Shown: in pieces, positions 43,120 to 53,914 of the stretch
Layout of the letters: each line of letters begins with the position of its first letter
Position numbering within the stretch: the stretch's first letter is position 1
Assembly: GCA_963777955.1 (NCBI GenBank)
Contig: CAVZSQ010000013.1
Span: 256,001-320,000, forward strand
DNA: 64,000 nt
Direction: 5' to 3'
DNA from: Calditrichia bacterium
Lineage (GTDB): Bacteria > Calditrichota > Calditrichia > JAJRVZ01
Notes under the pieces: generated by a model
The model's database searches: none
Told to the model about the DNA's origin: nothing
What the model saw: only the letters and a program-made list of their open reading frames with translations
Translations under genes and position numbers: made by a program

Positions 43120-43905
43120 ATGGGTGAAATGATGATAGAAAAAGCCTCAACTTTGGAACGCCGGGCCCGGATTCTGGAACAAGTTGATACCGCCGGGCAG
43201 GTTGAAGTACAAAACCTGAGTGGAATTTTTGGAGTCAGTGAAGTTACGATTCGTAATGATCTGGCTCATCTCGAACAAAAAAACCTGTTATTACGCACCC
43301 GTGGTGGTGCTATCAAACAACGGCGCGTGGGATTTGACTTTGCTCTGGCAGAAAAACAGAAACAGCACCTGGCCGAGAAACAGCGTATAGGTCGCACCGC
43401 GGTAGATCTGATAAAAGAATATGATACCATAATTCTGGACTCCGGATCAACCACCATGGAAATCGCTAAAAATTTAGCCCGCCTTAATCATGTCACAGTG
43501 ATAACTGACGCCTTGAACATAGCCAGTATACTCGCTGAAAATAAGAATGTGAAAGTCATCATTCCGGGCGGGTCTTTACGGGAGAATTCGTATTCTCTGG
43601 TCGGGTCGCTGGCCGAACAGAATTTCCGCAATTATTACTGTGACAAGTTATTCCTGGGTGTTGATGGATTTGATTCGCGATATGGAATATCCACACCCAA
43701 TGTTGAAGAAGCTCAGTTGAACCGGGTAATGGTGGAAATTTCGCGGGAGATTTTTGTAGTAACTGACTCCAGCAAATTCTTACGCCGGAGTTTCGCCTTC
43801 ATAACGCCTGTCACCGAAATTGATGCGGTGATTACGGATAAAGGGATACCTCCGGAAGAACACAATATATTAAAAAATATGGGAGTGAAGGTAATAATCG
43901 CCTGA
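43120..43905 (+). CDS. agaR: DeoR-family transcriptional repressor, AgaR-like
   Basis: HTH FGVSEVTIRNDL..RTRGGA; ILDSGSTT; KLFLGVDG; DSSKF; divergent from agaS. Confidence 0.88.
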   Translation: MGEMMIEKASTLERRARILEQVDTAGQVEVQNLSGIFGVSEVTIRNDLAHLEQKNLLLRTRGGAIKQRRVGFDFALAEKQKQHLAEKQRIGRTAVDLIKEYDTIILDSGSTTMEIAKNLARLNHVTVITDALNIASILAENKNVKVIIPGGSLRENSYSLVGSLAEQNFRNYYCDKLFLGVDGFDSRYGISTPNVEEAQLNRVMVEISREIFVVTDSSKFLRRSFAFITPVTEIDAVITDKGIPPEEHNILKNMGVKVIIA

Positions 43906-43918
43906 TCATTTCACAAAC

Positions 43919-45385
43919 TTAACCGGTCAATGGTGTTGCTATTTGCAGCAGTTCCTTTTCTACTCTATGCCGGATCATGGCGTATTCCAGACTGTTCAAT
44001 TCATTTAAGGTCAGGATCTGTTTATAATATTTTTGAGCCTCCGGCAGATCCCCTTTACCACGGTAAGCCTTGGCCAACAGATATAATATAGAAGAATCAT
44101 CCCTGGGAGCCTGCGCAAGTCCTGAGATGACCTGATCATATTTCTTCTCGGCCAGGTCTATCATGGCCTTGACTTCGGTAACTGCCAGCATCAGCAGCGG
44201 ATTTTCATGTTTGACTATTTCCTGCTCATATAAATTCGCATAATTCCGCGCTTCGCTGCAATTGTTTTCCGTAACCGCAATTATAGCCCGGTCAAGGAAT
44301 ATCCGTTCCGCCGACCATTGTTTTACTTCCGGCGGCAGATTGACTTCCTGGAAAAATTTATAGACTGCCTCGGTCTTGGCCCTGGCTTCGACCATCCTGC
44401 CCTGATCCAGCAGTACCTGCACAATAGTGTGCATAGCTCCGTTCATAGCCAGGGTATCGCGACTGGCTGCGGCTAAATCATATCTCTGCTCCAGTTCCGC
44501 TCTGGCCAGATCCAGATTCCCTTCTTCGGCATACGAGACAGCCACGGCATAATAATACATCGATATTTCGGCATCACCGCGGACGATTCGGTACATGGCT
44601 TTAAGTTGCCGGCGGGCCTCTTCATACTCCTTTTTAAAATTTAAATTTGTCGCGATACCGATATAGGAATAGATAAAGTTAGGATCGAGTTGCAGTGCTT
44701 TTTCATAATTCTCGATCGATACTTCGTATTCTCCCATGCGCAGCAGGAGTTCGGCATAGGAATCATAGGGATTAGCGTTATCGGGTATCAGTTTAATGTA
44801 TTTTTTTAAAGCCTTCTCGGCCTCGGCGTAATCACCGAGAAAGCGATAACAATATCCGATCTGATTATAAGGGGTGGAAAACTCAGGATTAATTTCCAGG
44901 GCTCGATTATAAGTCGCAATCGCCCGCAGCCATTGCCGTTGACCAAAATAGAAGTTACCCAGAGTTAAATAGAGTTGTTCATCCTTGGGGTACATCTGTA
45001 CCAATTTTTCCAGCAGTTCCTGTTGTTTCCTGGTATTCCCCAGCATCGCTTCATGCGTAGACTCGACCAGTAATCTCTCCCCCTGCGATACTTTATCGAG
45101 ATGTTTATAGCCCTTATTATAGTATTCTAACCGTTGCTTGGCCGGCAAATAACTGTCAACCATATAGTAATAAGCCAGTACGAAATTGGAATCCAGTTCG
45201 ATTGCTTTCTGAAAGTAATCGACTGCGTCATGCCGGCGCCATTTTTCGGTCAGATCCCGTGCCTGCAAAAAATACTGTAAAGCCCGGGGCGAAGAGGTCG
45301 TGATCGGCATTTTATCCTTTTGACCACATGCCATTAAGCAGAAAGCAACCGGAATGATAATCGTAGTTTTAATAATCTGCTTCAT
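43919..45385 (-). CDS. TPR-repeat lipoprotein
   Basis: LMAC lipobox; multiple TPRs (YNQIGYCY, ANPYDSYAELL). Confidence 0.8.
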   Translation of the reverse strand: MKQIIKTTIIIPVAFCLMACGQKDKMPITTSSPRALQYFLQARDLTEKWRRHDAVDYFQKAIELDSNFVLAYYYMVDSYLPAKQRLEYYNKGYKHLDKVSQGERLLVESTHEAMLGNTRKQQELLEKLVQMYPKDEQLYLTLGNFYFGQRQWLRAIATYNRALEINPEFSTPYNQIGYCYRFLGDYAEAEKALKKYIKLIPDNANPYDSYAELLLRMGEYEVSIENYEKALQLDPNFIYSYIGIATNLNFKKEYEEARRQLKAMYRIVRGDAEISMYYYAVAVSYAEEGNLDLARAELEQRYDLAAASRDTLAMNGAMHTIVQVLLDQGRMVEARAKTEAVYKFFQEVNLPPEVKQWSAERIFLDRAIIAVTENNCSEARNYANLYEQEIVKHENPLLMLAVTEVKAMIDLAEKKYDQVISGLAQAPRDDSSILYLLAKAYRGKGDLPEAQKYYKQILTLNELNSLEYAMIRHRVEKELLQIATPLTG

Positions 45386-45396
45386 GTATAACCTCA

Positions 45397-45744
45397 TTAA
45401 TAATGATCCGCAAAACTCTGCACGGCAGCATTGACCGTATCATACACGGGCAATATTCCATCCAGTCTGGTGATGGCAAAGATACTGCGCACCTTGCCGG
45501 ATAAACCCGCAAATTTTAATTCACCCCCGGCTTTGCGCACAGTGGTCACACAACGCATTAATGCACCGATGCCGGCACTGGCTAAAAAATTAACGTGCTT
45601 TAAATCGATCACGATTTTTTTAATCTGACGCTTTAAGAATGATTCAACCCGCGTATGCAATTCGTCGGTTTCCGGAGAATCCGTTAATTTACCTTTAATT
45701 GCCAGTACGTAAATATCGTCAAATTGTTGCTCCACAAAATGCAT
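45397..45744 (-). CDS. STAS-domain anti-sigma-factor antagonist
   Basis: IVIDLKHVNFLASAGIGAL, VRSIFAITRL. Confidence 0.88.
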   Translation of the reverse strand: MHFVEQQFDDIYVLAIKGKLTDSPETDELHTRVESFLKRQIKKIVIDLKHVNFLASAGIGALMRCVTTVRKAGGELKFAGLSGKVRSIFAITRLDGILPVYDTVNAAVQSFADHY

Positions 45745-45818
45745 TTTTTATACCTCATTAAATATTAATATTATTTCCGCCTTATTCGGAGATATCTGAC
45801 TGATTATCAAGAGCAGGG

Positions 45819-46529
45819 TCAGACTAAACCGCGAATTAAGATGATTGCACCGGAAAGTCCCGCCAAGCCGAGAATAATCAGGCGAATATACCCCCTGTCC
45901 AGTATTTTAGCCGTTCTGTTTGAAATAAAATACCCGATCAATATTCCCGGTATTAATTCCAGCGAAAGAATTACCTGTCGTCCAGCGAACCTTCCTATTA
46001 TAATTAAAGAAATTATCGAAATTAAAGTTCCCGCCACAAAAATGGCAGACAGGGTACCGCGTAGTTTGGGTCCCTGTAAATCCTGGTAAATCAAAGCCAT
46101 CGGTACTCCGCCAATTGCCGAGGTCGTACCCATGAATCCGGATAGAATTCCGGTCAGAACTAAATTACGCGGTGAAACTTTTAACCTGAAGCCCAGTAAA
46201 CTCAGGGCTACTGCACTCAAAACCATAATACCGAAAAGAACTGCTAATTTGTTTTCAGGGATCATCGTCAGTATAGCTGCACCCACAGCCGTACCCAAAA
46301 TCCGTCCTACTATTGCCCAATTGATTTCTTTGAAAACAATAGAATCGTATTCACGATAGGAAACCAGCACAGTCAACAACAAAGCGGCCAGCAATAATGG
46401 ACCGGGAATGAAATCCTGATCGAGTAAGGCCAGCAACGGCACAGCGATGAAACCCAGACCGATACCCAGCGAGCCCTGGACGATTGAACCGATTATTACG
46501 ATTACCACTGCCCCGAGCGTTACTAACAT
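45819..46529 (-). CDS. TauE/SafE-family (sulfite exporter-like) membrane protein
   Basis: QGSLGIGLG, SGFMGTTSAIGGVP; ATG overlaps the NUDIX stop (TAATG). Confidence 0.85.
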   Translation of the reverse strand: MLVTLGAVVIVIIGSIVQGSLGIGLGFIAVPLLALLDQDFIPGPLLLAALLLTVLVSYREYDSIVFKEINWAIVGRILGTAVGAAILTMIPENKLAVLFGIMVLSAVALSLLGFRLKVSPRNLVLTGILSGFMGTTSAIGGVPMALIYQDLQGPKLRGTLSAIFVAGTLISIISLIIIGRFAGRQVILSLELIPGILIGYFISNRTAKILDRGYIRLIILGLAGLSGAIILIRGLV

Positions 46530-47110
46530 TATCTCCCCGGTAAAAAGCCATTCCATAATTCATTAATCCTCGAAAGCGCAGAAAGGGCCAGGGCATGTTT
46601 GATTTGACCTGATTTAATCGCGCTACGTATTTCATCAAAATCAAGGGTTTCAACCGTGATATCCTCCCCTTCATCCAGCATGGGGGTATGTGTCTTCCGG
46701 ACACGATCGGCCAACCAGTGATGACAAAGATTGGTATGAAAAGCAGGATTGGGTTCCACGGCACCCAGATAAAACCAGGATGATGAAGTATAACCGGTTT
46801 CTTCCTGCAACTCGCGCATTGCCGCCTGCTGAGGTGATTCCTGTACCTCCAGAACTCCACCCGGAATTTCAGTCGAAATTTTTCCGGTGCCGAAACGGTA
46901 CTGGTGGACGACTACAATTCTTTTCTCGGCAGTGATCGCAACAATGTTTACCCAATCTACTGTTTCCAGCACCAGGCGTTTTAATTCTTTATTATTTCTT
47001 GGATTTTTGTACCAATCATAGCGGACCTGAAAAAGCCGAAGGTCCGCGCCCTGTTCCGATCGCGAAACAGTCCAGGGCGGCGGATATTTTTCTTCATTCA
47101 GTTTTTTCAC
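46529..47110 (-). CDS. NUDIX hydrolase (ADP-ribose pyrophosphatase-like)
   Basis: QYRFG..EIPGG..ESPQQAAMRELQEETGY Nudix box. Confidence 0.9.
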   Translation of the reverse strand: MKKLNEEKYPPPWTVSRSEQGADLRLFQVRYDWYKNPRNNKELKRLVLETVDWVNIVAITAEKRIVVVHQYRFGTGKISTEIPGGVLEVQESPQQAAMRELQEETGYTSSSWFYLGAVEPNPAFHTNLCHHWLADRVRKTHTPMLDEGEDITVETLDFDEIRSAIKSGQIKHALALSALSRINELWNGFLPGR

Positions 47111-47117
47111 AGCAGTA

Positions 47118-47447
47118 CTATTTCTTTTCTCTCGTTTTGATCAGACGATTCATCACTTTAACTACTACAAAGACACTCAGCGCCACGATTAAAAATTCAA
47201 TAACCGTGTTTACAAACTGGCCATAACCTATAGCCACGGCCGGTACTTCACCGACAGCAGCTTTCAATACAACTTGCAGATTTTTAAAGTCGACACCGCC
47301 AATCAGAATTCCCAACGGCGGCATCAGGATATCCATGACCAGTGAATTTACGATCTTGTTGAAAGCGGAACCAAGAATGATACCGATGGCCATATCCAGA
47401 GCATTTCCTTTCACAGCGAATTCCTTAAACTCCTGCCAGAAACCCAT
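47118..47447 (-). CDS. mscL: Large-conductance mechanosensitive channel
   Basis: [36 protein letters not shown]. Confidence 0.95.
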   Translation of the reverse strand: MGFWQEFKEFAVKGNALDMAIGIILGSAFNKIVNSLVMDILMPPLGILIGGVDFKNLQVVLKAAVGEVPAVAIGYGQFVNTVIEFLIVALSVFVVVKVMNRLIKTREKK

Positions 47448-47515
47448 ACATACCTCCTTTAAAGATTAAATTTGAACCAGTCTATTAATTAACAGGGTAC
47501 TTTCCGATCACAGCT

Positions 47516-48430
47516 CTACCATAATTCCGGTACCGATAAATATCTTTCCCCCGTATCATAGCAAAAGGTCAGGATTTTTTTCTCCGGCGAGGTTTCCCTG
47601 ATTTTTTTCGCAACTGCCGCCAGGGCTGCACCGGTCGAGATCCCGACCAGGATTCCTTCTTCCCTGGCACAGCGTCTGGTATACTCAAAGGCTTCTGCCT
47701 TACTGATCTGAATTACACCATCGAGAATCCCGGTGTGTAAATTTTTAGGTATGAATCCGGCACCAATTCCCTGGATGGGGTGGGGTCCGGGTTGGCCGCC
47801 GCTGATAACCGGCGATAATTCCGGTTCCACCGCAAAAACCTTCAATCCCGGCATCTTCGGTTTAAGAACCTCCCCGCAGGCGGTGATATGTCCGCCGGTA
47901 CCGACTCCGGTGATCAAAAAATCCAGCCCGGGCGGCGGAAAATCATGCAGTATCTCCTGGGCGGTAAAGCGTCGATGGGCTTCGATATTAGATTCATTTT
48001 CAAACTGCATCGGCATCCAGGAATGGGGTATTTCAGTCAACATCTGGCCAGCCCGTTCAATTGCTCCTTTCATGCCCAGTTCACGCGGCGTCAATTCAAA
48101 ACGGGCACCGTAAGCCGACATAAGTTGACGCCGTTCTACTGACATGGATTCCGGCATGACCAGAATCAATTTGTATTTCTTTACTGCGGCCACCATGGCC
48201 AGTCCGATACCGGTATTGCCCGAGGTCGGTTCAATGATCGTGCTCTCTTTATTCAGCAGACCTTCCTTCTCGGCATCTTCGATCATCGACAGGGCAATGC
48301 GATCCTTGATACTGCCGCCCGGATTGCTGCGTTCCAGTTTCATCCAGACCCGGGCAGACGGGCCATATAAATTATTTATTCTGACCTGGGGAGTATTTCC
48401 AATACTCTCCAATATATTAGCTGTAAGCAT
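47516..48430 (-). CDS. cysK: Cysteine synthase A
   Basis: [16 protein letters not shown] (PLP Lys), [27 protein letters not shown] 48430 after GGGGG. Confidence 0.95.
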   Translation of the reverse strand: MLTANILESIGNTPQVRINNLYGPSARVWMKLERSNPGGSIKDRIALSMIEDAEKEGLLNKESTIIEPTSGNTGIGLAMVAAVKKYKLILVMPESMSVERRQLMSAYGARFELTPRELGMKGAIERAGQMLTEIPHSWMPMQFENESNIEAHRRFTAQEILHDFPPPGLDFLITGVGTGGHITACGEVLKPKMPGLKVFAVEPELSPVISGGQPGPHPIQGIGAGFIPKNLHTGILDGVIQISKAEAFEYTRRCAREEGILVGISTGAALAAVAKKIRETSPEKKILTFCYDTGERYLSVPELW

Positions 48431-49283
48431 TTTTTCCCCCTTTTTTTGATGTTGATTTCGATCTGTCTTCAATGCCGGACTTGCGGCGGACTTTAATTTC
48501 ACTGGTGTGATAAACAATGGAATAAGGAGCAACGCTCTTGGTCAACCAGACGTTCCCACCGATAATACTATCATGCCCTACCACCGTATCTCCCCCCAGA
48601 ATCGTGGCATTCGAATAAATGATGGCATTGTCTTCAATAGTGGGGTGACGTTTTAATTTGGACATGTTTTTTTGCACACTTAATGCACCCAGTGAAACAC
48701 CCTGGTAGATCTTGACATTTTTTCCTATAATCGTCGTTTCGCCGATGACCACACCGGTACCATGATCGATAAAGAACGATTCACCGATAGCTGCACCGGG
48801 ATGAATATCGATGCCCGTCTGAATATGGGCAAATTCAGTCAGCATGCGCGGAAAAACCGGGATATCATTCAGATAAAACTCATGAGCAATCCGGTAAGTA
48901 TAAATCGCAAAAAATCCCGGATAGGCCGAGATCACTTCGTCCACGCTTTCGGCGGCGGGATCTCCTTCATAGATGGCCTGTGCATCCAGGCATAACAAGC
49001 GGTAAATTTCCGGCATTTTTTTAAAAAAGCGGCTGGTTATTTTATCAATCCGTTTGGCCTGACTGGGTTGTTGCAATTTCAGGATTTTGCTCAGATCGTT
49101 TTCCAGCAGGGCAAATTTTCCGGTCATTGCTTCTTGTGTAAGCAGATTGCGTTCACTATCAAAATGAGGAAATAACAGTTCCAGCAGATCGGTTAAAAAT
49201 TGTCCGACTTTATGCTTGGGCGGGAATACCGCCTGATACTTACTTCTCGTTTTCAACAGGTTCGAAATAAAAGTACGGTCCAT
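48417..49283 (-). CDS. cysE: Serine O-acetyltransferase
   Basis: [38 protein letters not shown]. Confidence 0.92.
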   Translation of the reverse strand: MDRTFISNLLKTRSKYQAVFPPKHKVGQFLTDLLELLFPHFDSERNLLTQEAMTGKFALLENDLSKILKLQQPSQAKRIDKITSRFFKKMPEIYRLLCLDAQAIYEGDPAAESVDEVISAYPGFFAIYTYRIAHEFYLNDIPVFPRMLTEFAHIQTGIDIHPGAAIGESFFIDHGTGVVIGETTIIGKNVKIYQGVSLGALSVQKNMSKLKRHPTIEDNAIIYSNATILGGDTVVGHDSIIGGNVWLTKSVAPYSIVYHTSEIKVRRKSGIEDRSKSTSKKGGKNAYS

Positions 49284-49424
49284 TGTAAAACCTCGTTTCA
49301 ATTTCAGCAGATGAATCGTTTCTGCTGCTTTACTCAGAGTACGGTACGAATATCCCTGTAAAAATTTCTTATCGCAAATCCAGCCGCGACAGCCCGGACC
49401 GACTAATTTTATCGCATTTGAAAT

Positions 49425-49462
49425 AAAAAGAAAAGAAAAATAAAGACCCGAACAGGGTTTTT
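49425..49462 (-). terminator. Possible weak intrinsic terminator after the isomerase gene
   Basis: Minus strand ACCC-TGTTC-GGGT stem followed by a long T-rich tract. Confidence 0.35.
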
Positions 49463-49488
49463 CTTATGTAACTAATTGCGCTTATTGC

Positions 49489-50946
49489 TCATTCCTGGTG
49501 ATAGTAGACAGACCAGCCCAGATATTTTTCGAAGGCCTCGGCAATTGCTGCAGCTGTCTGAGACAGATTAATGGCCACGTGATGTTCAAAACCCTGTGCA
49601 CAGAGCTGGGCCAGTAATTTCTGTAAATTGGGAATATGCGCCACACCATAACCGCCAAAGGTTTGCAACGGATCGTCGGTCAGTTGTCCCTGACCGACAT
49701 AGGCGGCAATTTTTCCTGAAAAATCATCCGTGGAAACGCGGCAAAATGTAAACGGATCCGGACGAATCCTGCCGACTATGGTGCCATATGTATTTTCCTT
49801 GCCCACTGTACCTGCCACGATCTCCTGATAATCCATGCGGGGCAGATCCGCAGCCGAACAATTACGGCAAGCACCGACAACTTTATTATCGACAAATACC
49901 CCCAGCGGCAGGTTGGAGCAATGAAACATTATGCATTTATCCGGATCATCGCCATAATTATTATTCCAATCAAGAATTGCGCTGGGTTTGCCCGAAGCCT
50001 GGACCATGGTATACATCCCGATCACTCCGCCGATATCGGTTTCACAGGCACTGGGCATCAATCTATTACTCATCATACTCATCATGGTGCAGGGCACCAC
50101 GCCATAAAATTCTTCCATGGCAGTCCAGCATTGTACGGCGCTGGCGACCAGATTATTATCCTTCATCCATCTTTCGATCACCACACCTAGCCTGGCCATT
50201 TTTTCCAGAGCAGTTTTCGGGATACCTTTGACCGGAACATAATTATTAATTTCCTCGATCTTGCTCTTAAAATCCTGGTCCGAATCTTTCACTTTAGCGG
50301 TCAGACCAAATACCTCGGACAAATCGATTGTTTCGATACTGATACCATGCCGCTCATAAATTTTTTCACTGAAACGAACTGTATTAAAGGCCGCAGGCCG
50401 GGCACCAATCATCCCAATACTGATATTTTTGAGCCCCTTGACCACCAGGCATATCTGAACAAATTTTTCCAGATCACTCTTAAAAGCGGCGCTTTCCGGA
50501 TCTACAGTATGCTGGCCGGTCAGAGAAAACTTGAGGCCGTACTGGACCAGATTGTTGCAGGCTGATAATTTTCCACAAAAAGAATCGCGCCGGTCCGCAA
50601 TGGTCATCTTACGAGGGTCGTCCGGGAAAGCGTGGATTAACACCGGCACATTCAATTCCGACCAGCGCAGTGTATTGGCTACACCCCGCTCATCGCCAAA
50701 ATTGGGCAGGGTCACCAGTATTCCGTCTATTTCCCGCCTGTGTTTTTTAAATAATTCGGTACATGTGACTGCATCCTGTAAGGATTCCACGCTGCCATAC
50801 TTGGTATCTTCCGGAGTGAGGGTTACAACCTTTATCCCGGCTGATTTCAATACTTTCAGTATGGTATCTCTGCCGGTTTTACACAAATAATCCGGGAAAA
50901 AACCCCTGTTACTGACAATGAGTCCCAGAGTGACTTGTTTTTGCAT
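49489..50946 (-). CDS. L-fucose/L-arabinose isomerase family protein
   Basis: NFGDE, RRDSFCGK, VQCW, ACETD, FHCSN, GFEHHVA. Confidence 0.8.
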   Translation of the reverse strand: MQKQVTLGLIVSNRGFFPDYLCKTGRDTILKVLKSAGIKVVTLTPEDTKYGSVESLQDAVTCTELFKKHRREIDGILVTLPNFGDERGVANTLRWSELNVPVLIHAFPDDPRKMTIADRRDSFCGKLSACNNLVQYGLKFSLTGQHTVDPESAAFKSDLEKFVQICLVVKGLKNISIGMIGARPAAFNTVRFSEKIYERHGISIETIDLSEVFGLTAKVKDSDQDFKSKIEEINNYVPVKGIPKTALEKMARLGVVIERWMKDNNLVASAVQCWTAMEEFYGVVPCTMMSMMSNRLMPSACETDIGGVIGMYTMVQASGKPSAILDWNNNYGDDPDKCIMFHCSNLPLGVFVDNKVVGACRNCSAADLPRMDYQEIVAGTVGKENTYGTIVGRIRPDPFTFCRVSTDDFSGKIAAYVGQGQLTDDPLQTFGGYGVAHIPNLQKLLAQLCAQGFEHHVAINLSQTAAAIAEAFEKYLGWSVYYHQE

Positions 50947-50989
50947 TCTAAACCTCGTGTTTTATCAAAAGGATTACCAGGAATCCTGG

Positions 50990-51842
50990 TTACTGTCCTG
51001 CTTTTTTTACTTTATCCATAATCTGGGGAATAGCCTCGGTCATCATCTCCTGCACCATTTCATAAGGGATGGTCCTCTGGGCGAATGTCCGGGTCTGCAG
51101 GGCTTGCATGAACCGCTCTTTGAATTCCCTCAGATAGGATCCATAGATATGGTAACTGTCGGCCTGATGCACATAACGGCCTAACTTTACATTCTTACCG
51201 GAAAGAACGGCAATACTTGCGGCGATATGTTGCTGCAATTGGATAAATGCAAACATATTCATAAAGGCAGCTTTATATGCATCGTTGGAACGGAAACGGA
51301 TATTGGTATTTAAATACCAGTCGCCCCGCTCATCCTGCAGCATCCGGCACCAGATACTTTGCAGACAAGCCGGATCATAACAGAAATTATCTTCCCAGAC
51401 CTTCCAGGTTATAGCCTGAGCGCGCCGGGTATAGGGAGTCCTGGCCAGTTTTTCGACCATAAGTTTGATCTGATCATAAATAGTATCCAGGCCGGGCACG
51501 GTATATCCGAACAATCTTTGATGATACGTATATTCCCAGCGGGTATCAGCGGCATTAGTCTGCCGACTGGCGAATCCAATGATCTTTTATCCCCTGGATA
51601 ACCTCCAGTACGTACTCCTGCAGATCTTCCAGTCCGCCCGGAAAATCTTTATGGATCATCGGCTCGGCCAGGGGTTTATGCACAACTATGGTCATGGAAC
51701 TGTCTTTACTGGGCGGATCATCGGCTTTATCATATTCAGTTTTTACATCGCAGCCCTGTTCATAAACGGCAACCAGGGACTTTTCCCAGGCCTCGGCCAG
51801 GCTATCCCCTTCGACCATTAATACAGGGATATTTCCGTTCAT
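50990..51842 (-). CDS. thyA: Thymidylate synthase (archaeal-type ThyA); frameshift near 51560
   Basis: SLAEAWE; after the shift RWEYTYHQRL; TRRAQAITW, DPACLQ (catalytic Cys), FRSND..FMN, DSYHIY. Confidence 0.8.
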
Positions 51843-51908
51843 GATATCTTTCCTTCCACTCTCCGCCAACACAGTCCGCTGTGCCTGTTAAATTGATCGC
51901 GTATATTT

Positions 51909-53057
51909 TTAACGAGTGAGAAACTTATAGACCGATTTCTGGGAATATTTTTCACCCGGTTTAAGATCCACAGGAGGAAAATTGGATTTATTGGGAGCAT
52001 CGGGATAATGCTGCGGTTCCAGACAGAAGGCAAAACGATGCTGATATACCTTCTCCTGTTTACCGGTTATTGTTCCGTCCAGAAAATTGCCGGAGTAAAA
52101 TTGTATTCCGGGCTCGGTAGTATATATTTCCAGCATCCGGCCGGACTTGGGATCATAGGCAGTAGCGGCCAGGGTGAGTGGATTTTCACTTCTATTCAGT
52201 ACCCAGTTGTGGTCATAACCGCCGGCAAAAGTTAATTGTTCATCAGCGTCATTGATTCTGGCGCCGATAGTCGCAGATTTACGGAAATCCATAGGCGTGC
52301 CGGCCACGTCTTTTAATTCACCCGTGGGGATCAGATTTTTATCAACCGGAGTGAATTGATCGGCATTGATCATCACTTCCTGGGCCAGGATATCCCCTGC
52401 ACCTGCGCCGGCAAGATTAAAATAGGAATGATGAGTCATATTTATAATCGTTGCTTTATCAGTTGTAGCACTGTACTCAATCTGCAGTTCATTATGGTTA
52501 TTCAGCATATATGTTACGACTACATCCACATTTCCGGGATAACCTTCTTCACCTGCAGGGCTGGCGTACTTTAATTTCAAACCGATGCTCGTGTCGCTTT
52601 CCAACTCCTCTGCCTCCCAGACGACTTTATCAAATCCCTTGAAACCACCATGCAGATGATTCTCACCGCTGTTGACCGTTAGTTGATAGGGTGTGCCATT
52701 CAGGGTGAATTTGCCCTTGGCAATCCTGTTGCCGAATCTGCCGATCAAACCGCCAAAATAGGGATTGTTCTTTAGATAGCCATCCAGATTGTCATAGCCC
52801 AGCACCACATCCGCAAATTTTCCCAGACGGTCAGCAACCCGCAATGAAACTACACTTCCCCCGTAGGTCATGATCTGTACTTCCATACCATTTTTATTCT
52901 GTAATGAGAACAGCAGCACTTCTTTACCCTCGGCGGTTTTTCCGAATGGCTTTTTCCCCAGTTTCATATACACCTTATCCTCCTTCAGGCAACTTAAAAA
53001 CGACATGCTCATCAGCATGATCAGTACCATGGTTGATATCCTGCTTATCGTTTTCAT
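51909..53057 (-). CDS. galM: Aldose 1-epimerase (galactose mutarotase), probable lipoprotein
   Basis: GRFGNRI, NHLHGG, GYPG, HSYFNL, YDHN, CLEPQ; N-terminal FLSC lipobox. Confidence 0.93.
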   Translation of the reverse strand: MKTISRISTMVLIMLMSMSFLSCLKEDKVYMKLGKKPFGKTAEGKEVLLFSLQNKNGMEVQIMTYGGSVVSLRVADRLGKFADVVLGYDNLDGYLKNNPYFGGLIGRFGNRIAKGKFTLNGTPYQLTVNSGENHLHGGFKGFDKVVWEAEELESDTSIGLKLKYASPAGEEGYPGNVDVVVTYMLNNHNELQIEYSATTDKATIINMTHHSYFNLAGAGAGDILAQEVMINADQFTPVDKNLIPTGELKDVAGTPMDFRKSATIGARINDADEQLTFAGGYDHNWVLNRSENPLTLAATAYDPKSGRMLEIYTTEPGIQFYSGNFLDGTITGKQEKVYQHRFAFCLEPQHYPDAPNKSNFPPVDLKPGEKYSQKSVYKFLTR

Positions 53058-53107
53058 CGGTGACTCCTTCCAGATGTTTTCAGTTCAATTTATAAAAAGT
53101 ATTTGAA

Positions 53108-53914
53108 TTATTTGGTGTGCGCCGTCGCCAGCAGTGCATCTTCGACTTCCTGGACCAGTTCGCCGAAACGCTTGCTGCGCTTTGTCTGCCGATCCCGGTG
53201 AAACGGCAGATCGATGGCAATGTGTCTGACGATACTGGCCGGATTAACGCTCAGCACATAAATATCGTCGCCCAGGAATACCGCTTCCTGTATATCATGG
53301 GTCACAAAAATAATCGTACATTTCAGGTTATCCCATAATTCGGCCAGCATCAATTGCATTTTAAAGCGGGTGTTGGTGTCCAGAGCGCCGAATGGTTCAT
53401 CCATCAGGATAATTTCCGGATTACTGATCAGTGAACGGGCAATAGCCACACGCTGAAGTTGTCCCCCGGACAAGATAGGATACTGGGCATATTTCTTCTC
53501 ATGCCCTGCTAACCCGACAGTCTTAACCATCTCCATCGCTTTTCCGGCAGATTCCCTGCGGTCCACCCCTTTAATTTCCAGCGGCAGCATAATATTCTGC
53601 AGCACCGTCCGCCAGGGCAGCGATGAATACTGCTGGAAAACCATACTGATCGCTTCATTCGTACGGATCCGTTCATTTACAAAGACTTCGCCGCTGCTCG
53701 GTTCCTGCAGCCCGGCGATATAACGCAGCAGGGTGGATTTGCCGCAACCGCTCTCGCCAAGGATCACCACAAATTGACCCTGCTCAGGTTTATCCTCGAT
53801 CAGTAAATTCAGATCCCTGATTATATATGTTTTGCCCTGGTCATAGGTCTGGCTTATATTGCGCAGTTCAATTATATCTTTTAACTCGGTATTTACAAAC
53901 TCAACCTTATTCAT
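53108..53914 (-). CDS. ABC transporter ATP-binding protein (NitT/TauT type)
   Basis: GESGCGKST, LSGGQLQR, ILMDEPFGALD, VTHD. Confidence 0.93.
   Translation of the reverse strand: MNKVEFVNTELKDIIELRNISQTYDQGKTYIIRDLNLLIEDKPEQGQFVVILGESGCGKSTLLRYIAGLQEPSSGEVFVNERIRTNEAISMVFQQYSSLPWRTVLQNIMLPLEIKGVDRRESAGKAMEMVKTVGLAGHEKKYAQYPILSGGQLQRVAIARSLISNPEIILMDEPFGALDTNTRFKMQLMLAELWDNLKCTIIFVTHDIQEAVFLGDDIYVLSVNPASIVRHIAIDLPFHRDRQTKRSKRFGELVQEVEDALLATAHTK

Noticed and set aside
49300..49440. SAM or other riboswitch upstream of cysE-cysK
   Set aside because: Only a simple CAGCAGA/TCTGCTG hairpin; no SAM-I or T-box consensus recognised
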